DNA from: Octopus sinensis
Lineage: Eukaryota
DNA length: 64,000 nucleotides
Direction: 5' to 3'
Assembly (NCBI RefSeq): GCF_006345805.1
Contig: NC_042997.1
Location: forward strand, 192,882,001-192,946,000
The notes beneath the pieces were generated by a model. It searched no databases, had not been told where the DNA came from, and saw only the letters and a program-made list of their open reading frames with translations. Below, piece by piece: positions 13,891-27,531 of this stretch (position 1 is its first letter; each line of letters starts with the position of its first letter). The translations under genes were made by a program, and so were the position numbers.

Positions 13891-13934
<44 letters not shown>

Positions 13935-16900
13935 ATTTGAGAATAGAGCAGAGTAACTGATGTGATCACAGAATACTGATAGCACAAAATCCACTGGGCC
14001 AAACAAACTGCAAGAGATGGACCTGTGCAGTTGCCAAGCACACATCCAAGAGATCAGAAAGACCACTTGGAAGGCCTCTCCCATGATGGGAAGATGACCT
14101 AGTTAATCAATTTGGGTCAAAATGGAAAAGAATGGCACAATCAAGGAAAAATTGGAAACAGTATGACCAGTGGTGAAAAACAGCATCTGAAGGTCTGATC
14201 AATACTGTAATCATCATCATCATTATCATAAAAGAAAAATGGGCAGTGGCACATTGGACTCTCTCTGAAACTACTGTTCATAAATATACACACACACACA
14301 CACAAATATATAATCGATGTTAATTTTGAATACTAATAAGACTTACATCTTTACTAAGTTGCATTCGACTGACTTTGTCAATACAGTGAAATATCATTTG
14401 CATCAGAGGTTTCATAGATTCCATGTCAGCTGTACTTGTATGACCTCGGCCAGGTACTGCAATGGATTAAAAGAAGAAACATTTGATTACACTATAAGTT
14501 TATAACAGAGTTCACCACGAAAGCATGTTTGGACCTCTCAATATATTGCACAATTTCTGTCAACAAAAGGCCATTTATTTCCAGTTCTATGAGACCATAT
14601 CCAGATTGCTTGTTATTTGACAGACTGGGAAATTATTATTTTGCTTGGAAACATTTCAGATTTGGTATCAGGAACGGGCATTTGATTGTAGAAAACTCTA
14701 CTCAATGTACCCCCATCATCTCCACAAACAAGCATGGCAAAGTAGACATTAACCCTTTAACATTCAGATTATTCTGTTAAGTATAATACTTATTTATTCA
14801 CATTCTTATGAATCAATCATGCATTATCTTGTAACTTTGAAATTTCATATGAAGCAATTGTTTGCTTTTAGTATGACATTGTATGAAAGCTGTTAGAAAC
14901 TGGATTTGGCCAATTTGAGCATAAAACACGTAGAATATTTTGGCCGGATATAGTCGGTTTAAATGCTAAAGGATTAAAATGATGATAAGAAAGGGTTTCT
15001 TTTCAGTTTCAATTTATCAAACTCACTCGCAAGGCTTTGGGTGACCCAGAGCTATAGTAAAGACACTTGCATACTGGGAGTGACCCTGAAACCACATGGT
15101 AGTGAAGTGAACTTCTTAACCACACAGCTACGCCTGCATGGTATTGTTTGCTAAAGTATACATAGCAAAATGTACCATGAAATAAAACTGAAAAATACAT
15201 AAAATTTATATCAAATAAAACAACATACCATTGAAACAGAATATTATCACTGGTCTTGATGCAGGCATCTTCTGTGGTACTGATTCACTGCAACAACAAA
15301 ACAATAAATCCATCAGGTTTATTCTTGGAAACAACATAAATTATTTTCTTACAATTAGGATCATCAATACTGCTTAATCAATTTTCCAACTAACAACTGG
15401 TACAATATAAACTGTATAGTGCATTTATGAATACCTTTTCTATCACTATGTATAGAAGTCATCCACCTGATATCTAAGTAAACCTGCACACACACACACA
15501 CACCTCAGATCACTTGCCATATCTTTTTCTCCTTTTCCACCTCTACCACCACCTTCATCATACTCTAACTCGGTGTAGAAACATTAGCACGCCGGGCAAA
15601 ATGCGTAGCCGTATTTCGTCTGCCGTTACATTCTGAGTTCAAATTCCGCCGAGGTCGACTTTGTCTTTCATCCTTTCGGGGTCGATGTAATCAATCCATT
15701 TGTCTGTCCTTGTTTGTCCCCTCTGTGTTTAGCCCCTTGTGGGTAGTAAAGAAATAGGTATTCGTCTATTTCCCATCAATCACACAATTTTTTCTCATCT
15801 GAAGACAAAACAATGAAAAAAAAAAAAAAAGGATCCATTTAACTTACTCCTGATTTTTGGGTCCTGAGTACATGTCTGAGAAATGTATGTATTCTACAAG
15901 TCCTTCGTATTTTGTCAGTATGTGATGAACCTACAAACAAATGCAAACTTTATAATTAATAAGTAAATATAAGAGAATGCAGACTTAAATTATACAATAA
16001 ACACAGGTAAAAATGTTGTTTTGCTATAGACAATTAGTAAACTAATACCTAATATCATTTTGTTCATTCAATGTATAATTATCTAATCAAACTCAAGCAG
16101 TCTTGTTATATAAATTATGATAATGACCCATGTAACAAAGACATAATTGCTAACACTTTTTGAATAAAAGCAAGTGTCTGCAATAGGCTTTGTGCATGCG
16201 TGTGAATATATACAATAGACATGAAGCATCAGTGTCTGTCACTGGCTTCCATGTGCTGAAATGATCAGAGATTTCTTCCCTCGACAATTTAGCATTCAGA
16301 ATTTGCTGAAATGTAATGCATTGTTTTGAATTATTCATGCATTATTTTTGTAGCTTTGACATTTTGATTATGTGATTCGTCATCATCATCATCGTTTAAC
16401 GTCAGGCGAGCCAGATGGCTGCAACAGGCTCCAATCTGATCTGGCAGAGTTTCTACAGCACAGCTGGATGCCCTTCCTAATGCCATCCAATCCGAGAGTG
16501 TAGTGGGTGCTTTTTACATGCCGTTGGCATGGGGGTCAGTCAGGCAGTACTGGCAACAGCCACGCTCAAATGGTGTTTTGTATGTGCCACCTGTACAGAA
16601 GCCAGTCCAGTGGCAATGGCAACGACCTTGCTCAAATGTTGTTTCATGTCCCACAGGCACAAGTAAGGCGGCACTGGTAATAATCACGCTCAAATGGTGC
16701 TTTTTACATACCACCGGCACAGAAGCCAGTTAGCTGCTCTGGCAACAATCGTTTAATTTTTTAAATGACAATGTAGGATAGGTGTGAGAGGTCAGATCCA
16801 GCTGGTTTGAGAATAAAACAAGAAGACTGTTAGGGCCAGATAAGGCTGATTTAAATGCTAAAGGGTTAATAGAAAGCCTGTTTATAACAGCTAACATTTC

Positions 16901-19900
16901 CTGCATTTAGAAGCAAATCAAAATTCAGATGTTAACTGGAAGCAAAAATCCACGGTGTGTGAATGTGTATGTGTACTGGTGTTATTGAACCCAAGATCAG
17001 ATCTGATCAAGCAGACATTCTCATCATGTCCACTTTTCCATGCTTGCACTGGTCAGAGGGAGATTACTGAGGCAGATTTTCTGCAGTCAGGCACCCTTCT
17101 CACCACCAACTCATTTGTTTCGAAGCAATGTATTCCTTCCCCCAGACAAGTTTCGTTAAACGATGGTTGGGAACAAACAACACTGCTTGCATGGTGGTGG
17201 TGCTCATTTACAACAATCCACATGAAGTCAAGACAAGGAGACAAACATGTACCCACACATATGATGGGCTTTGTTTGAGCGTGTGTCTGTATGTATGCAT
17301 GCATGTATGTATATGATGGGCTTCTTTCAGTTTCCACCTTCAAAATCTACTCACACAGTATGATTGGCCTGGGGATATCGTGGAAGACACTTACTCAAAG
17401 TTCCACACAGTGAGACTGAACCCCAAATCACATGGCTGGGAAGCAAACACCTTAACCACACAGCCTCTCTATATCCATAAAGCTTCAAAAAAGACAAAAC
17501 ATTTCCTTTAAGCTAGAATTCATTAAAAAAATCTTAGGAAACTTTACCCGTTTGTCTATGACAGCAGATGTGGCTTCTCCAATTTCACTTAAAATCTGAT
17601 AACTTGATGGCAAATCAAATTTTTCAGCATTTTTCTTTTCAGTGCAAAACTGACTCTAAAAAAGAAAAAAAGCATAATAAATAAATAAAAATAAAGAAAT
17701 AAGTAATCCCTCTTACACACAGCAAAAAAAAAAAAAAGGGTTTCTTCTCAAAGCTAAAACAGCTAACTCACAAAAATTACAAATTTATTCAATAAATTCC
17801 ATTTCGTGGAATGGAAATTGTTTCTGAAACTTTCTCACAACTAATTATTTGAAGTATCCTTTGCTGCATTCTTTCACATTTTGAAATATCAATTATTGAG
17901 GTATCAGGTAATAGGTGGATAATAATGTTGTTGCTTAGACTTAGCTATTTTCCAAGTAAGGATCTTCTTACTGCACACATCTTATGAAGGCACAAACCAA
18001 CAGGTGACTTGTTGATAGAGGAACTAACATGACCACTTGTATGTAGCTCAGTGACTTTCAGAGAAGCATAAATGTAAACACAAAGACCTACACATTTACA
18101 CACACACACACACAGATAAATAGGCTTTTCTTCAGCCTATCAAGATGATATATTCCATTCATGCTTCACAGAATGTTTATCATTATGCAAATATCCAAAT
18201 TTGGAGAAAGTATCTTCTACATTCAAGCACAAATAAATAACAGCATTTTTTTTTGGTATTAGACTATAAACCTTATTGATAATACAATCACAACCATTTT
18301 ATTATATCTTTTAATTTTGCCAAACTACAACAGATTTCAGCTTCTCAATATTACTGCTGCCTTATTTTTTGACAATCTATTATTTCTAATGTTTGAAATC
18401 TTATAATTTTGTTCTCATCAAGAGGTCTAATATAGCTATGACTTTCATGATTAAGAGTTTTAGTAATTATACAGTTTTAAATAACTATATAATTCTCTCA
18501 TTTAATGTGAAGGTGCATGGCTTACACTTTCAAGATCATGGTGTATTGCATTCTTGAGCAAAACACTTCGTTTCTTGTTGTTCTGCAATCGCTTCAACAT
18601 CTGAGGTTATAGGGCTTTACTTTGGTTGAGAATAAACATAATAAATTTTTTCCTGCACAGGCAATGTTGATTTGATGGAGAGAGTGAGCTAATGTACAGA
18701 ATAAATATTTGATCATTATAAACAAATTTATTTAGCAAGTAGTTGCAGCACCCTCATCTGTTGTTTACAATAAGAGTCCACCAATAATAATAATAATACA
18801 ACTGATTTCAGATTCTCAGTATTACTGCTGCCCTATTTTTTTAAGGGCAACAAGCAGACAGGTTCTTCTGGTCACATGGGCTTATAATAGGTCCTAAAAG
18901 GAAACAGCATAACACTAGAACATCACTTATTTAACTAGAATGCAATTAATGTAAGCATTAAAAATGCAATTAATGTAAGCAAAATACAGTTAAATACTTA
19001 CTAAATCATACATATCTCGATGTAACTTGGCACAAACTTTTTTCTGGGCAACACAGCAGACAAATTTATCCATTGTGTTTGGTTCCATGTCTACTGTAAC
19101 AACCTAAGTGAGATTCAGAATAAAACAACTTGAAATTAATATGAAAGATATTTTGTAATAAATAACTTTAAAAATATACCAACAATAAAAATACATGCAA
19201 GAAGTTAATATATTAACAGATACATTGAGAATTTATTTTAGTATCAATGTTGTGAGCGTCGCCTCACTGGCACTTGTGCCGGTGGCACGTGAACAAAACA
19301 TTCGAGCGAGGTTGTTGCCAGTGCTGCTGGACTGACTCCTGTACAGGTGGCACATAGAAAACACCATTTACGAACATGGCCATTGCCCATACCACCTGAC
19401 TGGCCCTCATGCCGGTGGCACTTTAAAAGCACCCACTACACTCTCGGAGTGGTTGGCGTTAGGAAGGGCATCCAGCTGTAGAAACTCTGCCAGATCAGAT
19501 TGGAGCCTGGCGCAGCCATCTGGTTCACCAGTCCTCAGTCAAATCGTCAACCTATGCTAGCATGGAAAGCGGACATTAAACGATGATGATGATGAACTAT
19601 TGTCTTTATTGTTGTAAAGCAGTCTTTTGTCATTGTTGTATCTGTCTTTTGACAACGGTTGTCCCTCTCACAGATATTGTTATATTCCGAAGTCCTCAAT
19701 AGCCTGGTTCTGTTTGGCACTGTACAACCCCCAGTTGTACAGTGCTATTATCCTTAAAGGGATGGATCGTTATAACGTCCACTCAGTTTCACAGTATAAT
19801 TTCTATATCAGAACAGACATGGCTATCAACCCAGTATACCCATACTCTTGACCTTTTCTGTGTTGACCAGCTACTGGTCTATTTATAATGGCTGGCTGCT

Positions 19901-22900
19901 ACCACTTTTGCCAGGAGGGGTGTACAGTTTCACTAGACAACATTTATTGCAACAATAAAAAGATATTGATTTCTTTTGATTAAGGCCAAGACCAAATTAG
20001 ATAAGATAAAGTCATTTGAACTAATCTGGGATAAATAGAATAAAATAGTGAAGATGGAGGGCTTCTTACAATGTGAAAAGGAAAAAGTTTAATAACCATT
20101 ATGTATTTCAAGCACAAACTCCTATCATCAGAAGTAAACAGTCAAGAAATGTTTCATCATCATCATCACCACCATCATTTAACATCCCTTTTCCATGCTG
20201 GCAAGGGCTGGATGGTTTGACAGGAGCTGGCAGAAACGTTAGCACGCCGGATGAAATGCATAGCAGTATTTCATCTGTAGCTACGTTCCGAGTTCAAATT
20301 CCACCGAGGTCGACTTTGCCTTTCATCCTTTCGGGGTTGATTAAATAAGTACCAGTTACGCACTGGGGTCGATATAATCAACAATCCATTTGTCTGTCCT
20401 TGTTTGTCCCCTGTGTGTAGCCCCTTGTGGGTAGTAAAGAAATAAGGAGCTGGCCAGCCAGAGGGCTGTCTTGGCACCATTTGCCTGTTTCCGCATGGTT
20501 TCTATGGCTGGATGCCCTTCTACCACCAACCACTTCATAGAGTGTGCTGGGGTGCTTTTTATATGGCACCAGCAAGAGTGCTTTTAGATGACACTGACAA
20601 AAGTGCTTTTTATGTGGTACCAGCACAAGTACATGTTGCTGGCAGGAGTGTGTTTTATGTGGTGCTGGTACAACTGCATTTGTAAGGCAGCAAGCTGGCA
20701 GAATCGTAAGTACGCCAAGCAAAATGCTTTGCGGTATTTCGTCTGCCGCTACGTTCTGAGTTCAAATTCCACCAAAGTCGACTTTGCCTTTCATCCTTTC
20801 GGGGTCGATTAAATAAGTACCAGTTACGCACTGGGGTCGATATAATCGACTTAATCTGTTTGTCTGTCCTGTTTGTCCCCTTGTGGGTAGTAAAGAAATA
20901 GGTACAACTGCATTTTATGTTGTGCAGGCATAGGTTGTAAAGGACTTTGATCAACAGGGCTAGTTCTGTATAGACAAACATTTCTTAACCGATTAATTCT
21001 GAAGGTGGGCCTTTGTGACTGAAATATATCATCATTGCTATTTAACATTTGTGTTCTATGCTGGCATAATTGGATGGTTTATAGGTTCTGATGGGTCCAT
21101 AAAACTGCACCATGCTACAGTGTCTGCTTTAGTATGGTTTCTACAGCTGGATACCCTACTTAATACTAATCATTTTACAGCATGTACTGGGGGCTTTTTT
21201 TGTGTCATTAGAATTAGTGAGATCAGCTTGCAAAGCTATAAAACCCAGTGGGATGGGATGGGGTATTTATGAGAGAAGATGAGGGGTTAAAGTATGAAAG
21301 ACGGGGAGGAGGGGCAAGCAGGTTCTTGTAAAAGAGCTACATGATAACTCCAGTTGGAGATGCAGGTCCAGGTGGCTCCTCAAGGTATGAGGTGAGTAGA
21401 AGAGCATTAGGCCAGAAGAATTCAGAAAAAGGGTGGGGTTGCAAGAGATGAGGGATGGGAGGTGGGCAACAACTTTAAAGATTGGGTAGGATTGAAGAGT
21501 GGATGTAGAGAATGATGGATGACCAATGTATACATGAGTTGCAGAAAGTGGAGGGATGTAGAAGAGAGAGAGAGAGTCAGGTGCAAAGTATGAGGGGAGA
21601 TAATTTGGTAATTAGTGGGGATAGGGTGCTGGATCACAAGCATGTGGGTGAGGAGAACACAAATGGATGAATGGCTAAGTGACATGGTTCTAGGTAGCAA
21701 GAAAAGTAGGATAGTTTCGGTGCGGGAGAGTTGCAGTGACAAAGATATTGAGTGAGAGGAGGTATTTGGAGGAGATTGGATGATGTGCCCATTTGTGCAT
21801 ATACACACACAGTGCTTCCAGAAGTTAGTTTTGTAGAGGTGGGCAGGTCTTCTCCAGAGCCTTTTATACCCCCAGATAACTCAATCCTTTGTTATCTTCT
21901 CCAGCAAACATTTTTCTTTTTGGTTTGTAAAAGGTCTTCATTTTTATCATCATCATCATTCAACGTCCGTTTTCCATCCTGGCATGGGTATGGACATTTT
22001 GACAGGCGCTGGCCAGATTCTAACTGACTATTGTGGCATGGTTTTACGTGGCACCTTTCCTAATGCCAACCACTTAAAGTGTGCTGGGGGGCTTTTTACA
22101 TTCTACCAGTATGGGTGTGTTTACACAAGTGTATTCCATGTGGCACCAGCATGCTTTAAGCAAACTACAATGCTCTTCTAACCTTAGATAATTACTGGGT
22201 TTTCTTCCCAACTGAAACCAAAACGTAAGACAGACCAGCATGTAGCTTTAACCCAAAATATTTAGTTAAGTGTTCTGGCCAATTTATAAAAAAAAAATTT
22301 TTTAATTCAAAAAAAAATCTTGCCAGGAAGGAAAAAAAATTCACTTTTAGACTTATTAAGAAGCACAAAATGAATTTGTTAAATAAAATTTCTCTTGTGT
22401 AATGGACATTCTGAATCTGAACAACTTTATGTTTTACTCACAATTTGATCTGATGCAGGTTTCAAAGCTCGAGCGATAGTATTCACTAAATCTTGTCGTT
22501 TGATGAACTTTAATTCAACTAGCATTCCCTCAACATAGACACGACCACTGCACCAAAGAACATAAACATTCTCTGATTCTTTGAGCAACATTCCTGACTG
22601 AGCATCTTTGGTAGCTCCATCATCCCCTGTAAAAAAAGGGAAAAAAAAGGCTTGGAAAAATGGACAATAAAACAATGACGTTGATGACGATGCAGTAAAC
22701 AGGGAAAAGATGAGAAAGGATACTCTCTTTACTCTTTTACTTGTTTCAGTCATTTGACTGTGGCCATGCTGAAGCACCGCCTTTAGTCGAGCAAATCGAC
22801 CCCGGGACTTATTCCTTGTAAGCCCAGTACTTATTCTATCGGTCTCTTTTGCCGAACCGCTAAGTTACGGCGACGTAAACACAGACACACAAACATACAC

Positions 22901-25900
22901 ACACATATATACATACATATATACGACAGGCTTCTTTCAGTTTCCGTCTACCAAATCCACTCACAAGGCTTTGGTCGGCCCGAGGCTGTAGCAGAAGACA
23001 CTTGCCCAAGATGCCACGCAGTGGGACTGAACCCGGAACCATGTGGTTGGTTAGCAAGCTACTTACCACACAGCCACTCCTGCGCCTTTTCATTTTTAAA
23101 AACTTTTCAGTTCTTCTGGATAAGGCTGTAACTGAAGGAGCATGACTTTCCCGTCCTCTCAGCAGTTTGGTGATTCATTTATAAACCTTAGAGCTTCACA
23201 ATGACTACAGGGAATATTCATATCACCAATGTTGTAACTTTCAACCATATGCTTACAGATTTTTTGACAGTGTCTCATTTTCATTTCCTGTTCTATTTTA
23301 AGCACATTATTTTATCCGCCGTAAATATTCACTGGATTCTCTTTCATTCATATTTCCCCTTCTATGCTGCTGCTCTCATGTTTGTTCTAGTGATTCAACT
23401 CTCTGCTTCTCTTTACAACATTGCCTATACCATCCCATTCTTTCTCTTGTTAGCATACCTCGTCTGTTATCCATATTTTATAAACAAATATCAATTTTCA
23501 AGTGAGCAGACGATAAATAGTTGCACTTAAGTGCATGCATTAAGTGATAGGCGATATAAAAATTTAGTTCAATAAAAAAAAAAAAATTGCACTTTTCACC
23601 ACCATTACCAACATTATAGTTTTCAGTAACAAAGCTCAGTATAAGTCTGCCAAGATTATTTTCATTTCATTTCTTTTGGTTATTTCTATCTACTTTTCTT
23701 GCTGCTGATCTATTCCAACAATACATCATCATCATCGTTTAACATCTGCTTTCCATGCTAGCATGGGTTGGATGATTTGACTGAGGTCTGGCAAACCAGA
23801 TGGCTGCACCAGACTCCAATCTGATCTGGCAGAGTTTCAGATTGGAGTCTGGTGCAGCCATCTGGTTCGCCAGACCTCAGTCAAATCATCCAACCCATGC
23901 TAGCATGGAAAGCGGACGTTAAATGATGATGATGATGTATTGTTGGAATAGATCAATACATCGACAAAGTTCAAATAACAAATTAAACATAAAAATATAA
24001 CATTCACAGCTATTTTGCTAAGTTATTTCACTATCATTGAAAAATCTATCTTTTAATCTATAAGTTTCTTATATTTAATATAAACCTTCTTTCCACCATT
24101 CGCCCATCAATGTATTCGTCAATGTGGATAAATAGATTGACAAATAGAAGATATAAAAAATTGAATATTAAAATGTTATTTTCTTGTCAGTCACAATAAT
24201 GTTTAAAATTTCCTTATGCTAGACACTTTATATTTCTCTCTCCTATCTTCACAAACTTTTTAACCCAGTAATTCTCTTCATGTCATCACTTCTCTCTTTA
24301 CCTCTCACTTCCACTAACCATGTGACAGTGTAATGCATCAGTTGGCATAGCGTCTCACTTTTCATATAACTGCCTGCCCCTCTCTATCTGCATTTCTTTA
24401 ACCTCAATACACAACTTCGCATCTCTGCCAAACATTGTACTGCTTTCTTTATCTCTATCTCCCCCTTCAACTCACTTTTTAATAGCATAACTATTACTTC
24501 CCCCTACCCCACATCGGTAACACTTCTCTGTCTCTCCTTTTTCTCGCTCTTCACATCTCCCTTCAACTAACCACGCATTCAGACTTAGTGTATTAATACA
24601 AAGGTAATAACAGTAATACAGAATGGGTCCCAACTTACCAACAATATAAAAATTTGAATATAGCAGTTCTTTATGTCCATTAAGCCAAGCTTGAGCCAAC
24701 TTGTGGTTTTTTGATTTTCCAGCCAGAAAGTTCAAGAAATATGCACAAAGCCCACCCAACATCAACATCTCCATATAAAAACTGTCCCAGTTGGTGTGTA
24801 AATGGTAAGGTATCTGAAAATAAAATATGAAATCACAGTAATTAAACACTGTTATAACTAACACTGTTATTACTACCCACAAGGGGCTAAACACAGAGAG
24901 GACAAACAAGGACAGACAAACGGATTAAGTCAATTACATCGACCCCAGTGCGTAACTGGTACTTAATTTATCGACCCCAGAAGGATGAAAGGCAAAGTCG
25001 ACCTCGGCGGAATTTGAACTCAGAACGTAGCGACAGACGAAATACCGCCGAGCATTTCGCCCGGCACGCTAATGATTCTGCCAGCTCACCGCCTTCTGTT
25101 GTAACAATAGTCGGCTTTCAAAAAATTTCATTAGGACTTGTAATTCCACTATAACTATTCTAAATAATTCTTGACATTTCAAATATTATGAATGGCCTTA
25201 CTGGAAGAAAACAACAAAATCAAAAGTTTGTACGAGATCTAAGATTTCTTTGCTTGACAAAACATTTATGGCATGCAAGCAATTATAATATCTGGTAGTT
25301 GTAGCAGAACTAATAACATGGCTGTGTGGCTAGGAAGCTTGCTTTACAACCACATAGTTTTAGGTTCAAACCCACTGTGCAGTACCTCGCACAAGTGTCT
25401 TCTAATATAGTCCTGAGCTGATCAATGCCTTGTAAGTGAATAAGGTAGACGGAAACGGTGGAAGCTTGTCACGTGTATATGTCTGTGTTGCATATTTATG
25501 TTGTCGTCGGCACCTCTGCTTGACAACTGGTGTTGGTTTGTTTACACCTCCAAAATTTAGCAGTTCAGCAAAAAAATTAAAATAACAGACTTCAAGTAAG
25601 TATTGGGGCTGATTTGTTCAACTAGAGCTCTCCAAGGTGGTGCCCCAGCCTGGCTACAGTCTAATAACTGAAACAAGTAAAAGAAAGATATATATGTATA
25701 TTTACATTTGGAATAGTGAGTCCAGGAGAGGCTTCATGTGATTTGCCTTTGCCAAAATTACGTTCCTTATCGTCAAATCCTTCAAATTCTTCATCATCAT
25801 TCAAATAATCATTCTCATCATCTTCCGTCTGAAAAGAATGGGAAAAAAAATCATGAAAAGACCCAGATCATATCAGCAAATATCATATACCTGACTAGAA

Positions 25901-27488
25901 GCCCAAAATTTACAAACTCAGAAAATTTGTTAACATAACTATAATGGTGGGGTTTTTTTTTTTTTGAAAACCCTGTGGATACTGGTGCCATGTAAAAAGC
26001 ACCTGTACCAGCACTGTGTAAAGAGCACTTGTGCTGGTGCTTTGTAAAGAGCACCAGTTCCAGCCCCACTTTAAGAGCACCCATGCTGGTGCCATGTAAA
26101 AAGCACCCACTACACTCTGTAAAGTGGTTGGCTTGCCAGCTCCAGTCAAACCGTCCAACCCATGCCAGCATAGAAAACAGACATTAAATGACAATGATAG
26201 CAAAATTAAATGATCTGCATTTGATAATCTATATCCTCCTCATCTTTTAGCAGCTGTTTTTTCCATGCTGGTATGGATTGGACAGGTTGTCATGATCTGT
26301 GCTATCTTGTACTAAGCAACAAAGAAAACCAACCAACTTTTTGTTGTGTACATCCAACACATGCAGATTGGGTGCACTTTATCTTGCCATCAGCACGCAA
26401 GAGAATATCTATATAAAGAGGACCAAAGAGTCTCCTTGACTTTATATCAGTTCTTGACTGAAGTTACTGCCTTCTTAGATAGGTATACAGAAGAGCTAGA
26501 TCTTATAGCTGAATTTGCTAAAGAATTAAAGGAAAAATTCCAAATGTAAAAAGAAAGCTTAAAATCAAGAAGCCTTAACTCTTTTGTTACCAACCCGGCT
26601 GAAACCACCTCTGGCTCTGTAGTACAAATGTCTTGTTTTCAAATGTTCAGAATTAAAATCTTCCACCAAACCTGAGTCACAATTTATGTTCCTAAAACTA
26701 GCTTAATGATAACTAATATATTTTACTAATTTCTTTGTTACATTTGAAGTAATTGAAAGACACACAGAGCATCTCAAAATAAATACAGTAACGAAAGGGT
26801 TAAAATAAACTAGCAAAGACAAACATTTATTGAGCAAGAAAGATGACTACTTCTTGGGAAAATGCACAAAAACCTGAAAATGAAATGAGCATGCTCCTCT
26901 GTTATGTTAGTGTGCATACATTTTGACACAAATAAGCTACTCTGCAACAATATATTCCAGTATTTTCAACTCTTATGCATATGTCACACAAATATAACAT
27001 CTACTTATGGATTTAGAATAGGATAAGCAGATGTGCTTCAAGAGGACACACCTTGGATTTTAACCTTATCTACATTATGTATATATATATATAGTGCGTT
27101 GTCTCTGTGGTGCAATCGGTTAGCACATTGGCTGTTAACCGAAAGGTTGGTGGTTTGAGCACACCCAGGGACACAAGTGTTTTTTTAAAACAGCGGTGCA
27201 TCAGCATGGCGGCACCTCGAGCTGAAACTAGAGAGAGAGAGAGACAGAGAGATTGGAAATATTTGTCTAGAACACAAAATACCTCCACTGTAGCATCGTC
27301 ATCTTCAGCAGTATTATCAGGATATTGGGACCATTTTTGTTGCTGCTGCTGCTGTTGCTCTTCTGAAGACTGTTTTGACTCACTTCCTAAATATGTTTCT
27401 TGTTGATTGTAGTTAGAATTCGAATCAACCGGATCATCTGTAAAGAGACACAGAGCTCATAATTAATAACAACTCAAAGGCCAAATAG

Positions 27489-27531
<43 letters not shown>

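Noticed and set aside
18325-18845. ~40-bp direct repeat (gatttcag.ttctca.tattactgctgcc.tattttt) 470 bp apart
   Set aside because: Diverged and AT-rich, with no coherent element between the copies; probably a small local duplication.
21270-21830. Purine-rich block with a 128-aa His/Ser/Leu-rich minus-strand ORF
   Set aside because: Low complexity with no catalytic motif. It is probably a decayed repeat, and I could not assign a family.
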